From Nitrospira japonica (GTDB lineage Bacteria > Nitrospirota > Thermodesulfovibrionia > Thermodesulfovibrionales > SM23-35), in NCBI GenBank assembly GCA_020725385.1, contig DYFC01000021.1, positions 1-53,289 on the forward strand: a stretch of 53,289 bases of DNA, read 5' to 3'. A program made the translations under genes and the position numbers. The notes below the pieces were generated by a model that saw nothing but the letters and a program-made list of their open reading frames with translations, did no database searches and was not told the origin of the DNA. Of the stretch, positions 1 through 8,913 are shown one piece after another. Every line of letters starts with the position of its first letter. Position 1 is the stretch's first letter.

Positions 1-62
1 AGATTTTTAAATGAGGCAATGAATCATTTTCAGTTAGATTTTTGATGAGGCAATTCGGTATA

Positions 63-91
63 TTGACAACTATAAAGATGAGTTGTACAAT
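63..91 (+). promoter_or_regulatory. sigma70-type promoter of the toxin-antitoxin cassette with an overlapping inverted-repeat operator
   Basis: TTGACA (63-68), 17-bp spacer, TACAAT (86-91). Inverted repeat ACAACT (66-71)/AGTTGT (81-86) overlaps both boxes. ATG at 98 lies at the expected start site with no RBS. Confidence 0.7.
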
Positions 92-97
92 TGAATC

Positions 98-487
98 ATG
101 GAAATTGTTTCTGACGCAAGTATATTCTTATCAATTGTCCTTAACGAGAATGATCGAGGATGGATTATTGAAAAGACAGCCGGTTGCAACATAATTTCTC
201 CTGAAATTCTTCCCTATGAGATTGGCAATGCTTTAATTGCAATGAGCAGAAAAGGACGGCTCAACGGTCAGGAAATCCTTCGGGCATTTGATATCTCACA
301 AAAAATACCTGTAAGCTTAGTTCCGGTGAAGATATTCGATGCTATGAAAATTGCTGTTCGGTTTAATATCTACGCATATGATGCCTATTATGTGCAATGT
401 TGTGTCGAAAACAAATTACCGCTTATCAGCCTTGATAACCGCATGTGTGCTGTAGCAAGAAATCTTGGAATAAAGGTGGTGGAATAA
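98..487 (+). CDS. vapC: PIN-domain (VapC-like) toxin
   Basis: 129 aa with PIN acidic motifs: IVSDAS at the N-terminus, PYEIGNAL, AYDAYY, LISLD. Confidence 0.85.
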   Translation: MEIVSDASIFLSIVLNENDRGWIIEKTAGCNIISPEILPYEIGNALIAMSRKGRLNGQEILRAFDISQKIPVSLVPVKIFDAMKIAVRFNIYAYDAYYVQCCVENKLPLISLDNRMCAVARNLGIKVVE

Positions 488-488
488 C

Positions 489-710
489 ATGAAAATATAC
501 ACGTATTCTAAAGCACGAGAAAATCTGGCTGCTATTCTTGAAGAATCAAAGAGAGAAGAAGTGGTAATACGCCGCCGTAAGGGTGACTTGTTTTCTATTG
601 TACCTAAAGTGCAACGCAAACGTTCTCCGTTTGATGTCCCTGGATTAAGCAAAAAGATTTCCCGAAAGAATATATTGAAAGCATTACGCGAATCCAGAGA
701 GCAGGCATAA
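489..710 (+). CDS. Phd/YefM-family antitoxin
   Basis: 73 aa, N-terminal YTYSKARENLAAILEE...EVVIRR Phd/YefM signature; starts 1 nt after the PIN gene. Confidence 0.75.
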   Translation: MKIYTYSKARENLAAILEESKREEVVIRRRKGDLFSIVPKVQRKRSPFDVPGLSKKISRKNILKALRESREQA

Positions 711-762
711 CAAAGCACTTGTGCGGATGGCTGATAGCCACCAGTGATTTTTAGCGTTATGG
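705..762 (+). mobile_element. attC-like integron cassette recombination site (1)
   Basis: GCATAAC (contains the stop codon) ... GTTATGG, 58 bp, with internal pairing CACT/AGTG, GG/CC and TGGCT/AGCCA. Confidence 0.65.
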
Positions 763-773
763 GGAAAAAATAA

Positions 774-1130
774 ATGAACAAGAAAATGTATGCGTTGATT
801 CTAAATTGGGATTTGTCACAGAAACCAAAAGATATATTTCAAATCTTACGAGAATACATAGCGAATAAATCATGGAAAAGATACGAGAATAAAAAGAACC
901 TAATTCAAAAAGTCTGGTATTCAAATGAAGAAACAGGACAATTCGGAGGCATTTATCTTTGGGAAACCAAAGAAGCGATGGAGGAAGAAATACGAACAAT
1001 GTATAGAGTCAAATCAATGACAGGCATTGACCCCACTATTACCAGGCTTGATGTTGAAGCCATACAAGAAGGCGACCATTCAATTGAGAAACTTACTTCC
1101 ATGGGACTAGCTTGGGCAAGAAAGGAGTAA
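774..1130 (+). CDS. YdhR-like dimeric alpha-beta barrel protein (putative monooxygenase), gene cassette
   Basis: LIQKVWYSNEETGQFGGIYLWET matches the YdhR-family K-W...GGxYLF/W pattern. Confidence 0.65.
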   Translation: MNKKMYALILNWDLSQKPKDIFQILREYIANKSWKRYENKKNLIQKVWYSNEETGQFGGIYLWETKEAMEEEIRTMYRVKSMTGIDPTITRLDVEAIQEGDHSIEKLTSMGLAWARKE

Positions 1131-1133
1131 AAC

Positions 1134-1191
1134 ACGTACCAAATTACTCCAGAGGATAACTTAAATCCAACGCTGATTTAGGTCGTTATCC
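1134..1191 (+). mobile_element. degenerate attC-like site (2)
   Basis: ACGTACC-aaatt-ACTCCAG ... GCTGA-tttaggtc-GTTATCC has the same layout as site 3, but R'' reads TACC instead of TAAC. An internal GGATAAC (1154-1160) can pair with GTTATCC. Confidence 0.55.
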
Positions 1192-1218
1192 TGCGGAAAA
1201 ATAGGTGAATCAATAATA

Positions 1219-2022
1219 ATGTCTGATTTTAGCGAAATATCGAAACAATATGAAAGTAATTCGGTGGTTCAAAAATCGGCAAGTCAAATCCTTTTCGAGC
1301 TTCTTGATATTCAGGCAAAAGACGATGTGCTTGATTTAGGGTGTGGAACAGGGCATATAACAAAAGAAATAAAAAGTAAAACAGATGGCAAAGTTGTTGG
1401 TGTTGATCCATCTGAAGGAATGATTAAAAAAGCACAGGAACAATTTTCAAATCTGGGGATCACTTTTCGGGTCTGCTCTGCCGAACAACTTGATTATAAA
1501 AATGAATTCGACATAATTTTTTGCAATTCGGCATTTCAGTGGTTTGTCAATCCTGTGAAGGCTATTGCAGCGTGTTACGCTTCTCTTAAAATGAATGGAA
1601 AAATGGCAATACAGGCTCCGTCAAAATATAATTACTGCCCTAATTTTCTCACGGCTATAAAAGAAGTTATGCAGAATAAGGCTACGAAAGATATTTTTTC
1701 AGGCTTTAACCCTCCATGGTTCTTCAGAAATACAGCTGAAGAATATACGGAATTATTTAGCGGAGCCGGTTTTAGAGTAAAAACTTCAAATATAGTTGAA
1801 GTTAACACCTATCATTCAGTTGAGGAGACATATAGAATTTTCGAGTCAGGAGCAGCAGCAGGATATTTGAATCAGGCTTACTACAGTACTCAGCTTACAC
1901 AGGAATATAAAGACAGCTTCAGAAATATTGTAAGAAATTCGTTTAGTAATCAGGCAGACGAAACAAAGAAAGTACGATTGACATTTTATCGTATCTATCT
2001 TCTTGCTAAAAAGGAAGGATAA
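1219..2022 (+). CDS. class I SAM-dependent methyltransferase (Tam/BioC-like), gene cassette
   Basis: VLDLGCGTG motif I, VGVDPSEGMI, FDIIFCNSAFQW. Confidence 0.85.
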   Translation: MSDFSEISKQYESNSVVQKSASQILFELLDIQAKDDVLDLGCGTGHITKEIKSKTDGKVVGVDPSEGMIKKAQEQFSNLGITFRVCSAEQLDYKNEFDIIFCNSAFQWFVNPVKAIAACYASLKMNGKMAIQAPSKYNYCPNFLTAIKEVMQNKATKDIFSGFNPPWFFRNTAEEYTELFSGAGFRVKTSNIVEVNTYHSVEETYRIFESGAAAGYLNQAYYSTQLTQEYKDSFRNIVRNSFSNQADETKKVRLTFYRIYLLAKKEG

Positions 2023-2078
2023 CAAGGCGTTCCAGAGAACAAGCCCTAAACGGACTGCCACTGAACTTATCGTTAGTG
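2017..2078 (+). mobile_element. attC integron cassette recombination site (3)
   Basis: GGATAAC-aaggc-GTTCCAG ... CTGAAC-ttatc-GTTAGTG, 62 bp, with the extra-helical C in L''. R'' GGATAAC is the exact reverse complement of the cassette's 5' core GTTATCC (1185-1191). Confidence 0.85.
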
Positions 2079-2229
2079 CTTTTGTTATTTTTCACATAAA
2101 ACTATATAAAACCTATTTAAAATTCTCACGATATTTTGTATAAAAGGAAATATTTATCAAAATAAATTAACTAGAGATAAAAGAGAATAACGGAGATTCA
2201 GATTATGGTCATGATGCTGTCGGAGGTAA

Positions 2230-3081
2230 TTATTTGATAATCTGATATGTTATTGCTAAAGTGTAATTAATTCCTTTTGCAGTATTTTTTCCGTATATTG
2301 AAGGGGTAAGGCCAGCTTCTATGCCCCAGTTTTTGTTAATTTTATAACCAATAACTACATCTAATTTTCCTATATCATAATTATTCGTTGCTGTTGGATT
2401 GCCATTTGAATCTACATCTTTGCCATTATCGGTGCTAAAAATTCCGTCAAGTTTAACTCTACCATAAATATTTTTTCTTAAATCAATCCCGACTTCAATT
2501 AGATACCTTATTTCATCAGAGGGCTCTTGCAGTCGCCATCTATATCCAATTTCAAAATTACAATACCCCGGGATTATTGGGTATAGTGTATGACCGTAAA
2601 GAAGGCGCATTTCTAAATCAATTTGACCGTTTCCAAGAGGAAGCTCATCGTCCTTTTCGTATGCCCATGGAATTTTCGTCAATAGCTGAGCAGATAAAAT
2701 ACCTTCTGCCAGTTTCATTATCTGCATTTTTGCGCCAACATCAATATCTCCTATGCCGGATGTTTTCTGTTCGGCTGTATAATCGTTCTTTCTAAGTCTT
2801 TTTATATAAATTGAATTTATGACTGTAAGATTATCGTATAAACCATACTCGAAATAATTGCTAATATGGTAATCACTAAAACTTCCGTTATTTGCAAAAT
2901 CAACTATTTCCCCATTGCTATCATAATCTTTGTTAGCAGAATAGTAATTAAAAGAAACCCTTTCATATAAATTACCTTTTTTCATTCCCCAGGCGCCGGC
3001 AAAAGAAAAATCGCATGTTATAAAAATAAACATTATCAATAAAAATAAAATAGTACTTTTGATTTTTACGGTATTTTTCAT
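2230..3081 (-). CDS. exported protein, probable outer-membrane beta-barrel
   Basis: Signal peptide; alternating aromatic/Gly beta-strand pattern (SGIGDIDVGAK, NFEIGYRWR); C-terminal YTLAITYQ strand. Confidence 0.55.
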   Translation of the reverse strand: MKNTVKIKSTILFLLIMFIFITCDFSFAGAWGMKKGNLYERVSFNYYSANKDYDSNGEIVDFANNGSFSDYHISNYFEYGLYDNLTVINSIYIKRLRKNDYTAEQKTSGIGDIDVGAKMQIMKLAEGILSAQLLTKIPWAYEKDDELPLGNGQIDLEMRLLYGHTLYPIIPGYCNFEIGYRWRLQEPSDEIRYLIEVGIDLRKNIYGRVKLDGIFSTDNGKDVDSNGNPTATNNYDIGKLDVVIGYKINKNWGIEAGLTPSIYGKNTAKGINYTLAITYQIIK

Positions 3082-3265
3082 AAAAAACCTCTTTAATCTA
3101 AAATTAAAAATGCATTTTTTTATATTGAATATTAAGAGTAAGTTAAAACAAGTATAGAATCAAATTGATATTATCAATAGAAAGAAACGTATATATTTAG
3201 ATAAAAAATAAAAATAAGAAATTTAAAGTTTTATCCTTCACCTGAAACCTGATAATATAAATAGC

Positions 3266-4723
3266 ATGTTAAGAACGATTTTATTTTTTCTAACATTAAT
3301 ACATTTTCTTTGTCTCGGAAGTCTTGCATTGTATGGAATCCACAGGATATGGTTATTATCACAATTGGCAAGTGAAAGAAAAAAATATTCTGAAAAAATA
3401 TTACCTATTAAAAATAATCATCCTTTTGTGACTATCCAATTGCCAATTTATAATGAAAGATTCGTAGCAGGAAGATTAATAGATGCTGCAGCAAAAATCA
3501 AATGGCCTAAAGATAGATTTGAGATACATGTACTTGATGATTCAACCGATGACACGAAAAATATTATAGATAAAAATATCGAATTATGGAAAAAAGAAGG
3601 ATTAAACATTCATGTTATCAGGAGAAAAAATCGAGATGGATTTAAGGCAGGTGCTCTATCTAACGGATTAAAACAAGCTAAAGGAGAATTTATTGCTATA
3701 TTCGACGCAGACTTTATGCCAGAACCAGATTTTCTATGTAAAACAATCCCATATTTCACCGATAAAAAAGTAGGTATGATACAGGCTCGCTGGAGTTTTC
3801 TTAATTGCGGTCATTCATGGTTAACAAGGATTCAATCCATTTTTCTTGGCCAGCATTTTTCCATTGAACATTTAATAAGATTTAAAAAAGGGTTATTTTT
3901 TAATTTTAATGGAACTGCCGGCATATGGAGAAAAGAAGCTATTGAGACATCAGGTGGATGGCAATCTGATACTGTTACAGAGGATCTTGATTTAAGTTAT
4001 CGTGCACAAATAGCTGGCTGGAAATTTATATATCTCGATAATGTTTCTGTCCCGTCAGAATTACCAATTACTATCGCAGATTTTAGAAATCAACAACAGA
4101 GATGGGCAAAAGGTTCAATACAAACAGCAAAAAAAATATTACCCCAACTTCTCCTACTGCCTCTGTCATTTTCTGTTAAAAGAGAAGCTGTTGCACATCT
4201 CATGGCAAATTTGTGCTGGCTTTTAGGTGCAATCTCTGTCTTAACACTGTATCCGGCTATTTTGTATCGTAAAGAGATCGGTATATATCAAATACTTCAT
4301 ATTGATCTGCCTCTATTTATATTTTCTGGATTTGCTATTTTCATTTATTTTCTCTTCTTTTCTAAAATTAACAACAATAAGATTGATTACCATATACTTT
4401 TTTTATTACCCATTTTAAGCGTGGGAATAGCTCCAAGCATATCACTTTCTGTTCTAAAGGGTATTTTTAGTAAAGGAGGTAATTTTTGCAGGACTCCAAA
4501 ATATGGCATTACTGGTAAAAACAAAATACCTGAATCAGTCTTGATATATAAAACTAAGTCATATAGTTATATCATTTTAAATATAATTTTCTTTATTTAT
4601 TCACTTCTCCCTGTTTTTTTTGCTATGAATAGAAATACAATTTTTGCAATCCCTTTTTTGTTAATTTTTCCCGCAGGTTTTATCTTAATAATTTTTAAAG
4701 AACTTTCAGAACTTAAAAGTTAG
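3266..4723 (+). CDS. processive GT2 glycosyltransferase (cellulose synthase-like, CslA type)
   Basis: QLPIYNE, DDSTD, KAGAL, FDADF, TEDLD and QQRW motifs, with C-terminal transmembrane helices. Confidence 0.9.
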   Translation: MLRTILFFLTLIHFLCLGSLALYGIHRIWLLSQLASERKKYSEKILPIKNNHPFVTIQLPIYNERFVAGRLIDAAAKIKWPKDRFEIHVLDDSTDDTKNIIDKNIELWKKEGLNIHVIRRKNRDGFKAGALSNGLKQAKGEFIAIFDADFMPEPDFLCKTIPYFTDKKVGMIQARWSFLNCGHSWLTRIQSIFLGQHFSIEHLIRFKKGLFFNFNGTAGIWRKEAIETSGGWQSDTVTEDLDLSYRAQIAGWKFIYLDNVSVPSELPITIADFRNQQQRWAKGSIQTAKKILPQLLLLPLSFSVKREAVAHLMANLCWLLGAISVLTLYPAILYRKEIGIYQILHIDLPLFIFSGFAIFIYFLFFSKINNNKIDYHILFLLPILSVGIAPSISLSVLKGIFSKGGNFCRTPKYGITGKNKIPESVLIYKTKSYSYIILNIIFFIYSLLPVFFAMNRNTIFAIPFLLIFPAGFILIIFKELSELKS

Positions 4724-4837
4724 ATAATCATAGAAATTATCAATAGAATCTAAATTATTCATCTATATATTTAATTGGACATTCTTTTTTAAATAAAACA
4801 ATATAATTATAAAAAAAATATAAAGGGAGGTTTTGGT

Positions 4838-6667
4838 ATGAAAAGATGTTTATTAATTTTTTTCACAGTAGCAATGTTATTTACTATGTTAATTCCTGAA
4901 TCGAGTTTTGCGAAGCTTTTACCATCGCAAAAAGAATTCCCAAATGCAAAGCTATTAGTTTCAGGGGATTCTCTTCAATCTGAGATTGGCAAAAAGAACT
5001 TAGTAATCATTGATGCACGCACATCAGGCTATGAAATTTCACATATACCAGGTGCCATTAATATTAAATTTGGAGATTATTTTAATCCCGGCACAGGTCT
5101 TCTTCCTGTTTCAGAGTTAAACAGTAAATTGAGTGCAGCTGGACTGAAAAGAAATTTGACATTCGTGATTTACGATAATACTACCGATTCATGGGGTGCT
5201 GCAGGAAGAATTTTCTGGATGCTTGAATATCTTGGATGCAATAATGTCCAAGTACTTGACGGCGGCTGGGATAAATGGGTTGCTGATGGAAAACCTACTG
5301 AATCTACTATAAACACATTGCCTGCAAGTAAATTCAAAGCATCAATAAAAGCATCGAAAAAAGCCACAAAAGATAAAATTAAGAAAATGCTCGGTAAGAA
5401 AAATTTTGCTATAATTGATTCCCGCACCGATGAAGAATTTATTGGGTGGCAACTATATGGTGAGGCAAGAGGCGGACATATTCCAGGAGCTGTACAAATT
5501 CCATATGCATGGTTTTTTAATTCTGACAAAACAGTTCTGAATTATAATTCACTTAAAAATATGTTTGAATCAAGAGGGATTACAAAGAAAAAAGAAGTTA
5601 CTGCTTATTGTACAGTTGGAATCAGAAGCGGTTTTGTTTATTTCTTATTAAGGTTGATGGGTTATTCAAAAGCATCAAATTACGATGCTTCTATTGTTGA
5701 ATGGGCAGCAGATTCTTCTTTGCCAATGGAGAAAATGGCTAATTATCATGCTTTAGTGTATCCAGAATGGATTAAAGATCTAATTGATGGTAAAAATCCG
5801 GCGACATATCCAGGCAATGGATATGTCATTCTATATACAACCTGGACAGCCCGGTACTATGAAAATAGAACAGATTATATAGGAACTAATTATGAAACTG
5901 GACATATACCCGGAGCAATTTTCCTTGATACTTATAGTATAGAAAACGGTCCTAACTCCGAATATGGAGAAGGTTATATGCACCCTTCTGAAGGAAATGT
6001 TAAACCAATTTCTGAATTACAACAATTCCTTGGAAATATTGGAATTTCGAAAAATAAGACTGTAATAGTTTATGCTGATGATGAAATTGCAATGATGACA
6101 GCAGGTCGAGTTGCATGGGCATTGCTATTAGCTGGTGTTGATGTCCGTATTTTAAATGGCGGTTATCAAGCGTGGGTAAAAATGGGGTTTCCAGTTGAAA
6201 CAACTCCAAATAGTTTATCCCCTATTGAGTTCGGAGATAGCCCCGGCAACCCTCAATATTTAGCAACCATGAATAATGTTAGAGATATAGTAAATGGTTC
6301 GGTAAGTAATATAGTAATAGCTGATGATCGTTCATGGGAAGAATATATAGGCGATTCTAATTCTTATTATCCTTACTTTTTTGCATTGGGGAGAATTCCA
6401 ACATCAAAATGGATAGGTGATTGGGTTGAAATAGTAAGACCTGATGCGCAGTCACTTAGGACATACACTGAAGTAGAATCTAATTGGAAAAAGGCTGGTT
6501 TTTCTTCAGAGGAAAAAATTTATTTTTATTGTGGCACAGGTTGGCGTTCAGGACTTTATACGTTCTATGCCTATTTGTTAGGATGGGATGCTGCAAATTA
6601 TGATGGTGGATGGTTCGAGTGGACATATTATCCCGAGAATCCTATAGAAAAAGGAACTCCTCAATAA
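4838..6667 (+). CDS. exported four-domain rhodanese/sulfurtransferase (YnjE-like C-terminal half)
   Basis: Signal peptide; repeated HIPGA motifs; two active-site loops, YCTVGIRS and YCGTGWRS; YDASIVEW and YDGGWFEW signatures. Confidence 0.85.
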   Translation: MKRCLLIFFTVAMLFTMLIPESSFAKLLPSQKEFPNAKLLVSGDSLQSEIGKKNLVIIDARTSGYEISHIPGAINIKFGDYFNPGTGLLPVSELNSKLSAAGLKRNLTFVIYDNTTDSWGAAGRIFWMLEYLGCNNVQVLDGGWDKWVADGKPTESTINTLPASKFKASIKASKKATKDKIKKMLGKKNFAIIDSRTDEEFIGWQLYGEARGGHIPGAVQIPYAWFFNSDKTVLNYNSLKNMFESRGITKKKEVTAYCTVGIRSGFVYFLLRLMGYSKASNYDASIVEWAADSSLPMEKMANYHALVYPEWIKDLIDGKNPATYPGNGYVILYTTWTARYYENRTDYIGTNYETGHIPGAIFLDTYSIENGPNSEYGEGYMHPSEGNVKPISELQQFLGNIGISKNKTVIVYADDEIAMMTAGRVAWALLLAGVDVRILNGGYQAWVKMGFPVETTPNSLSPIEFGDSPGNPQYLATMNNVRDIVNGSVSNIVIADDRSWEEYIGDSNSYYPYFFALGRIPTSKWIGDWVEIVRPDAQSLRTYTEVESNWKKAGFSSEEKIYFYCGTGWRSGLYTFYAYLLGWDAANYDGGWFEWTYYPENPIEKGTPQ

Positions 6668-6685
6668 ATAATAGAAGTATTTTTC

Positions 6686-6722
6686 ATAAGGAAAGCTGTA
6701 ATAACAGCTTTCCTTATTTTTT
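6686..6722. terminator. bidirectional intrinsic terminator between the convergent rhodanese genes
   Basis: 14-bp stem ATAAGGAAAGCTGT-aata-ACAGCTTTCCTTAT followed by a T-run. Confidence 0.75.
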
Positions 6723-7598
6723 ATCTACCACAAGTTTTTCCCATTCTTCATATCCACCTTCATAGTTTTTTGCTGGAGGTAAGCCTGAAAGCGTATGAAC
6801 CATCCAAGCATAACCGGATCTTATTCCACCTGTGCAATAATATACAATGGGTTTATTAAGGTCTATATTATTCTTCTTTAACAAATCTTTTAGCTCGGTT
6901 GAATTTATCGGTCTTCTGTTTTTTCCCTTGTAAAAATTCTCCCATGAAATCCTTTTAGCACCTGGAATATGTCCTTTTATCCATTCAAGAAGCGAGCGGG
7001 TGTCAATAATTGTATAAGAGTTTTTATTTTTTTCAAGTTCTTGAGTTGAAATATTTATTGTGTCATCAATACTGTAAAAATATTTAACGATCTGCCGTGG
7101 TTTTTTTTCTTCGCCTGTTTTCAAAGGAAGTTTTAAATCTTTCCATTCCTGGATACCACCTAAAAGCAATCTTATTTTTCCTTTATGTCCAAGCAATTTC
7201 AATATCCAGAAATTCCATCCTTCTCCGCCCCAACTTTTATCTGCATCACCATAAATTACAATAGGACTATTTTCATCTATCCCAAGCTCTCCAAGTTTTT
7301 TTGAAAGTTCTTCTGGTTGGAGTATTTTGTATTTAACACCATTCTTATCTGTTTTTGTATAATCTTCCCATGAAAAAGAAATTGAACCCGGGATATGTTC
7401 TTTTAACCATTCCTTTTGTGGTCTTGCATCAAGAATTATCCATTTATTCAATTCATTATTTAATTGTTTAACACTCATTGATTCAATCTCACTTGCAATT
7501 GCTGCTTCAATATCTGAAAATAAAAAAGAAAATAAACCTATGCAAATTATGACATCTAACAAAATATCAAATTTCTTGAACATAACACCGTTTATCAT
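6714..7598 (-). CDS. two-domain rhodanese/sulfurtransferase with N-terminal signal or anchor
   Basis: HIPGS and GHIPGA motifs, YCTGGIRSG active site, NYEGGYEEW. Start could be 7583. Confidence 0.85.
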   Translation of the reverse strand: MINGVMFKKFDILLDVIICIGLFSFLFSDIEAAIASEIESMSVKQLNNELNKWIILDARPQKEWLKEHIPGSISFSWEDYTKTDKNGVKYKILQPEELSKKLGELGIDENSPIVIYGDADKSWGGEGWNFWILKLLGHKGKIRLLLGGIQEWKDLKLPLKTGEEKKPRQIVKYFYSIDDTINISTQELEKNKNSYTIIDTRSLLEWIKGHIPGAKRISWENFYKGKNRRPINSTELKDLLKKNNIDLNKPIVYYCTGGIRSGYAWMVHTLSGLPPAKNYEGGYEEWEKLVVDKK

Positions 7599-8913
7599 TA
7601 TTGCCCCCTTTACATTAATTGCTATACAAAATGATTTGCGTTTACATATTCCTTTGCTTTTAGGAATAACTGCATTTAATGTAATAATTCTTTCTTTTAT
7701 ATTATTTTATGCTGAGAGAAATCAAATATCATGGTCACCTTTATTCATAATATCAGTTGCTGTAATAATAAGAATTTTATTTGTTTTTAAGCAACCAGAA
7801 TTATCCGATGATATTTACCGGTATTTGTTAGATGGAATACAATTAATCTCCGGGAATAATCCATACTCATTACCTCCTGATTCTATAAAAGTATACGATA
7901 AACATATTTACAATATATTAAAGAAAGTAAATCATCCGGATCTTATAACTATTTATCCACCCGCAGCACAAATATTGTTCGGCATAAGTGCATTCTTCAG
8001 CAAAACTATAATAAGCATAAAATTTATACTTGTTGTTATAGATATATTTACATGCATAATCATAATTAAAATTTTGAAAAATATTAACATTCCATCATGG
8101 AAATCTATCTTATATGCATGGCATCCTTTACCAGTTATAGAGATAGCAGGTTCAGGCCATATTGATTCTTCAGTCATATTTTTCCTTTCGTTAACTTTAT
8201 TTATAATATTTTCAAAAAAGTCAGATGAAATCTTAATAGAAAATTCTAAAATGGTTTTTTCTGGTATAACCTTTGGATGTTCTTTTATGACAAAACTATT
8301 TCCAATTATTCTTTTACCTTTTCTTCTAATTGTTTTGAATAAAAAAAATAGAATATTTTTTATTTCAGGTTTTATATTTATTACAGTATTCCTATTTTTA
8401 CTATTCTTTCCTGATATTATAAACATATTCAAAACCCTTGCAGTTTATCTAAACAATTGGGAATTTTCAAATTATGGCTTTATTTTGCTTAAAGATTCAC
8501 TTTCATCAGGAACATTAGCACGTTTAATATTACTCATAATATTTGTCTTTATTTCATGTATTATGTTTGTCTTGTTTTTAAGAAGAAAAAACTTAAATAT
8601 TAGAATTTTTCAATATATGTACTGGTTAATCTTTATGTATTTACTTTTAAATCCTACTTTACATCCATGGTATGTTCTATCACTTGTATTTCTGTTGCCA
8701 TTCTATACTAAACCTGAAGGTCTTGTATTTAGCTGGGTTGTTTTTCTTTCTTATTACATTCAAATCGAATATTTTCTCACAGGAAAATGGATTGAGATAA
8801 AATTATTTTCTGCGATGATATGGTTATCACCAATTGTTACCTTTATTATCATTAAAATAATTACTTTTACTATAAACCTTACAAAAAAAAGCTTCTCGGA
8901 AAACAACCCATAA
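7540..8913 (+). CDS. GT-C fold polyprenol-phosphate-sugar-dependent glycosyltransferase (GT87/DUF2029-like)
   Basis: Multi-pass membrane protein with LSDDIYRY, NPY, TIYPP, YAWHP, GHID and HPWY motifs. Start uncertain. Confidence 0.75.
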   Translation: MQIMTSNKISNFLNITPFIIIAPFTLIAIQNDLRLHIPLLLGITAFNVIILSFILFYAERNQISWSPLFIISVAVIIRILFVFKQPELSDDIYRYLLDGIQLISGNNPYSLPPDSIKVYDKHIYNILKKVNHPDLITIYPPAAQILFGISAFFSKTIISIKFILVVIDIFTCIIIIKILKNINIPSWKSILYAWHPLPVIEIAGSGHIDSSVIFFLSLTLFIIFSKKSDEILIENSKMVFSGITFGCSFMTKLFPIILLPFLLIVLNKKNRIFFISGFIFITVFLFLLFFPDIINIFKTLAVYLNNWEFSNYGFILLKDSLSSGTLARLILLIIFVFISCIMFVLFLRRKNLNIRIFQYMYWLIFMYLLLNPTLHPWYVLSLVFLLPFYTKPEGLVFSWVVFLSYYIQIEYFLTGKWIEIKLFSAMIWLSPIVTFIIIKIITFTINLTKKSFSENNP

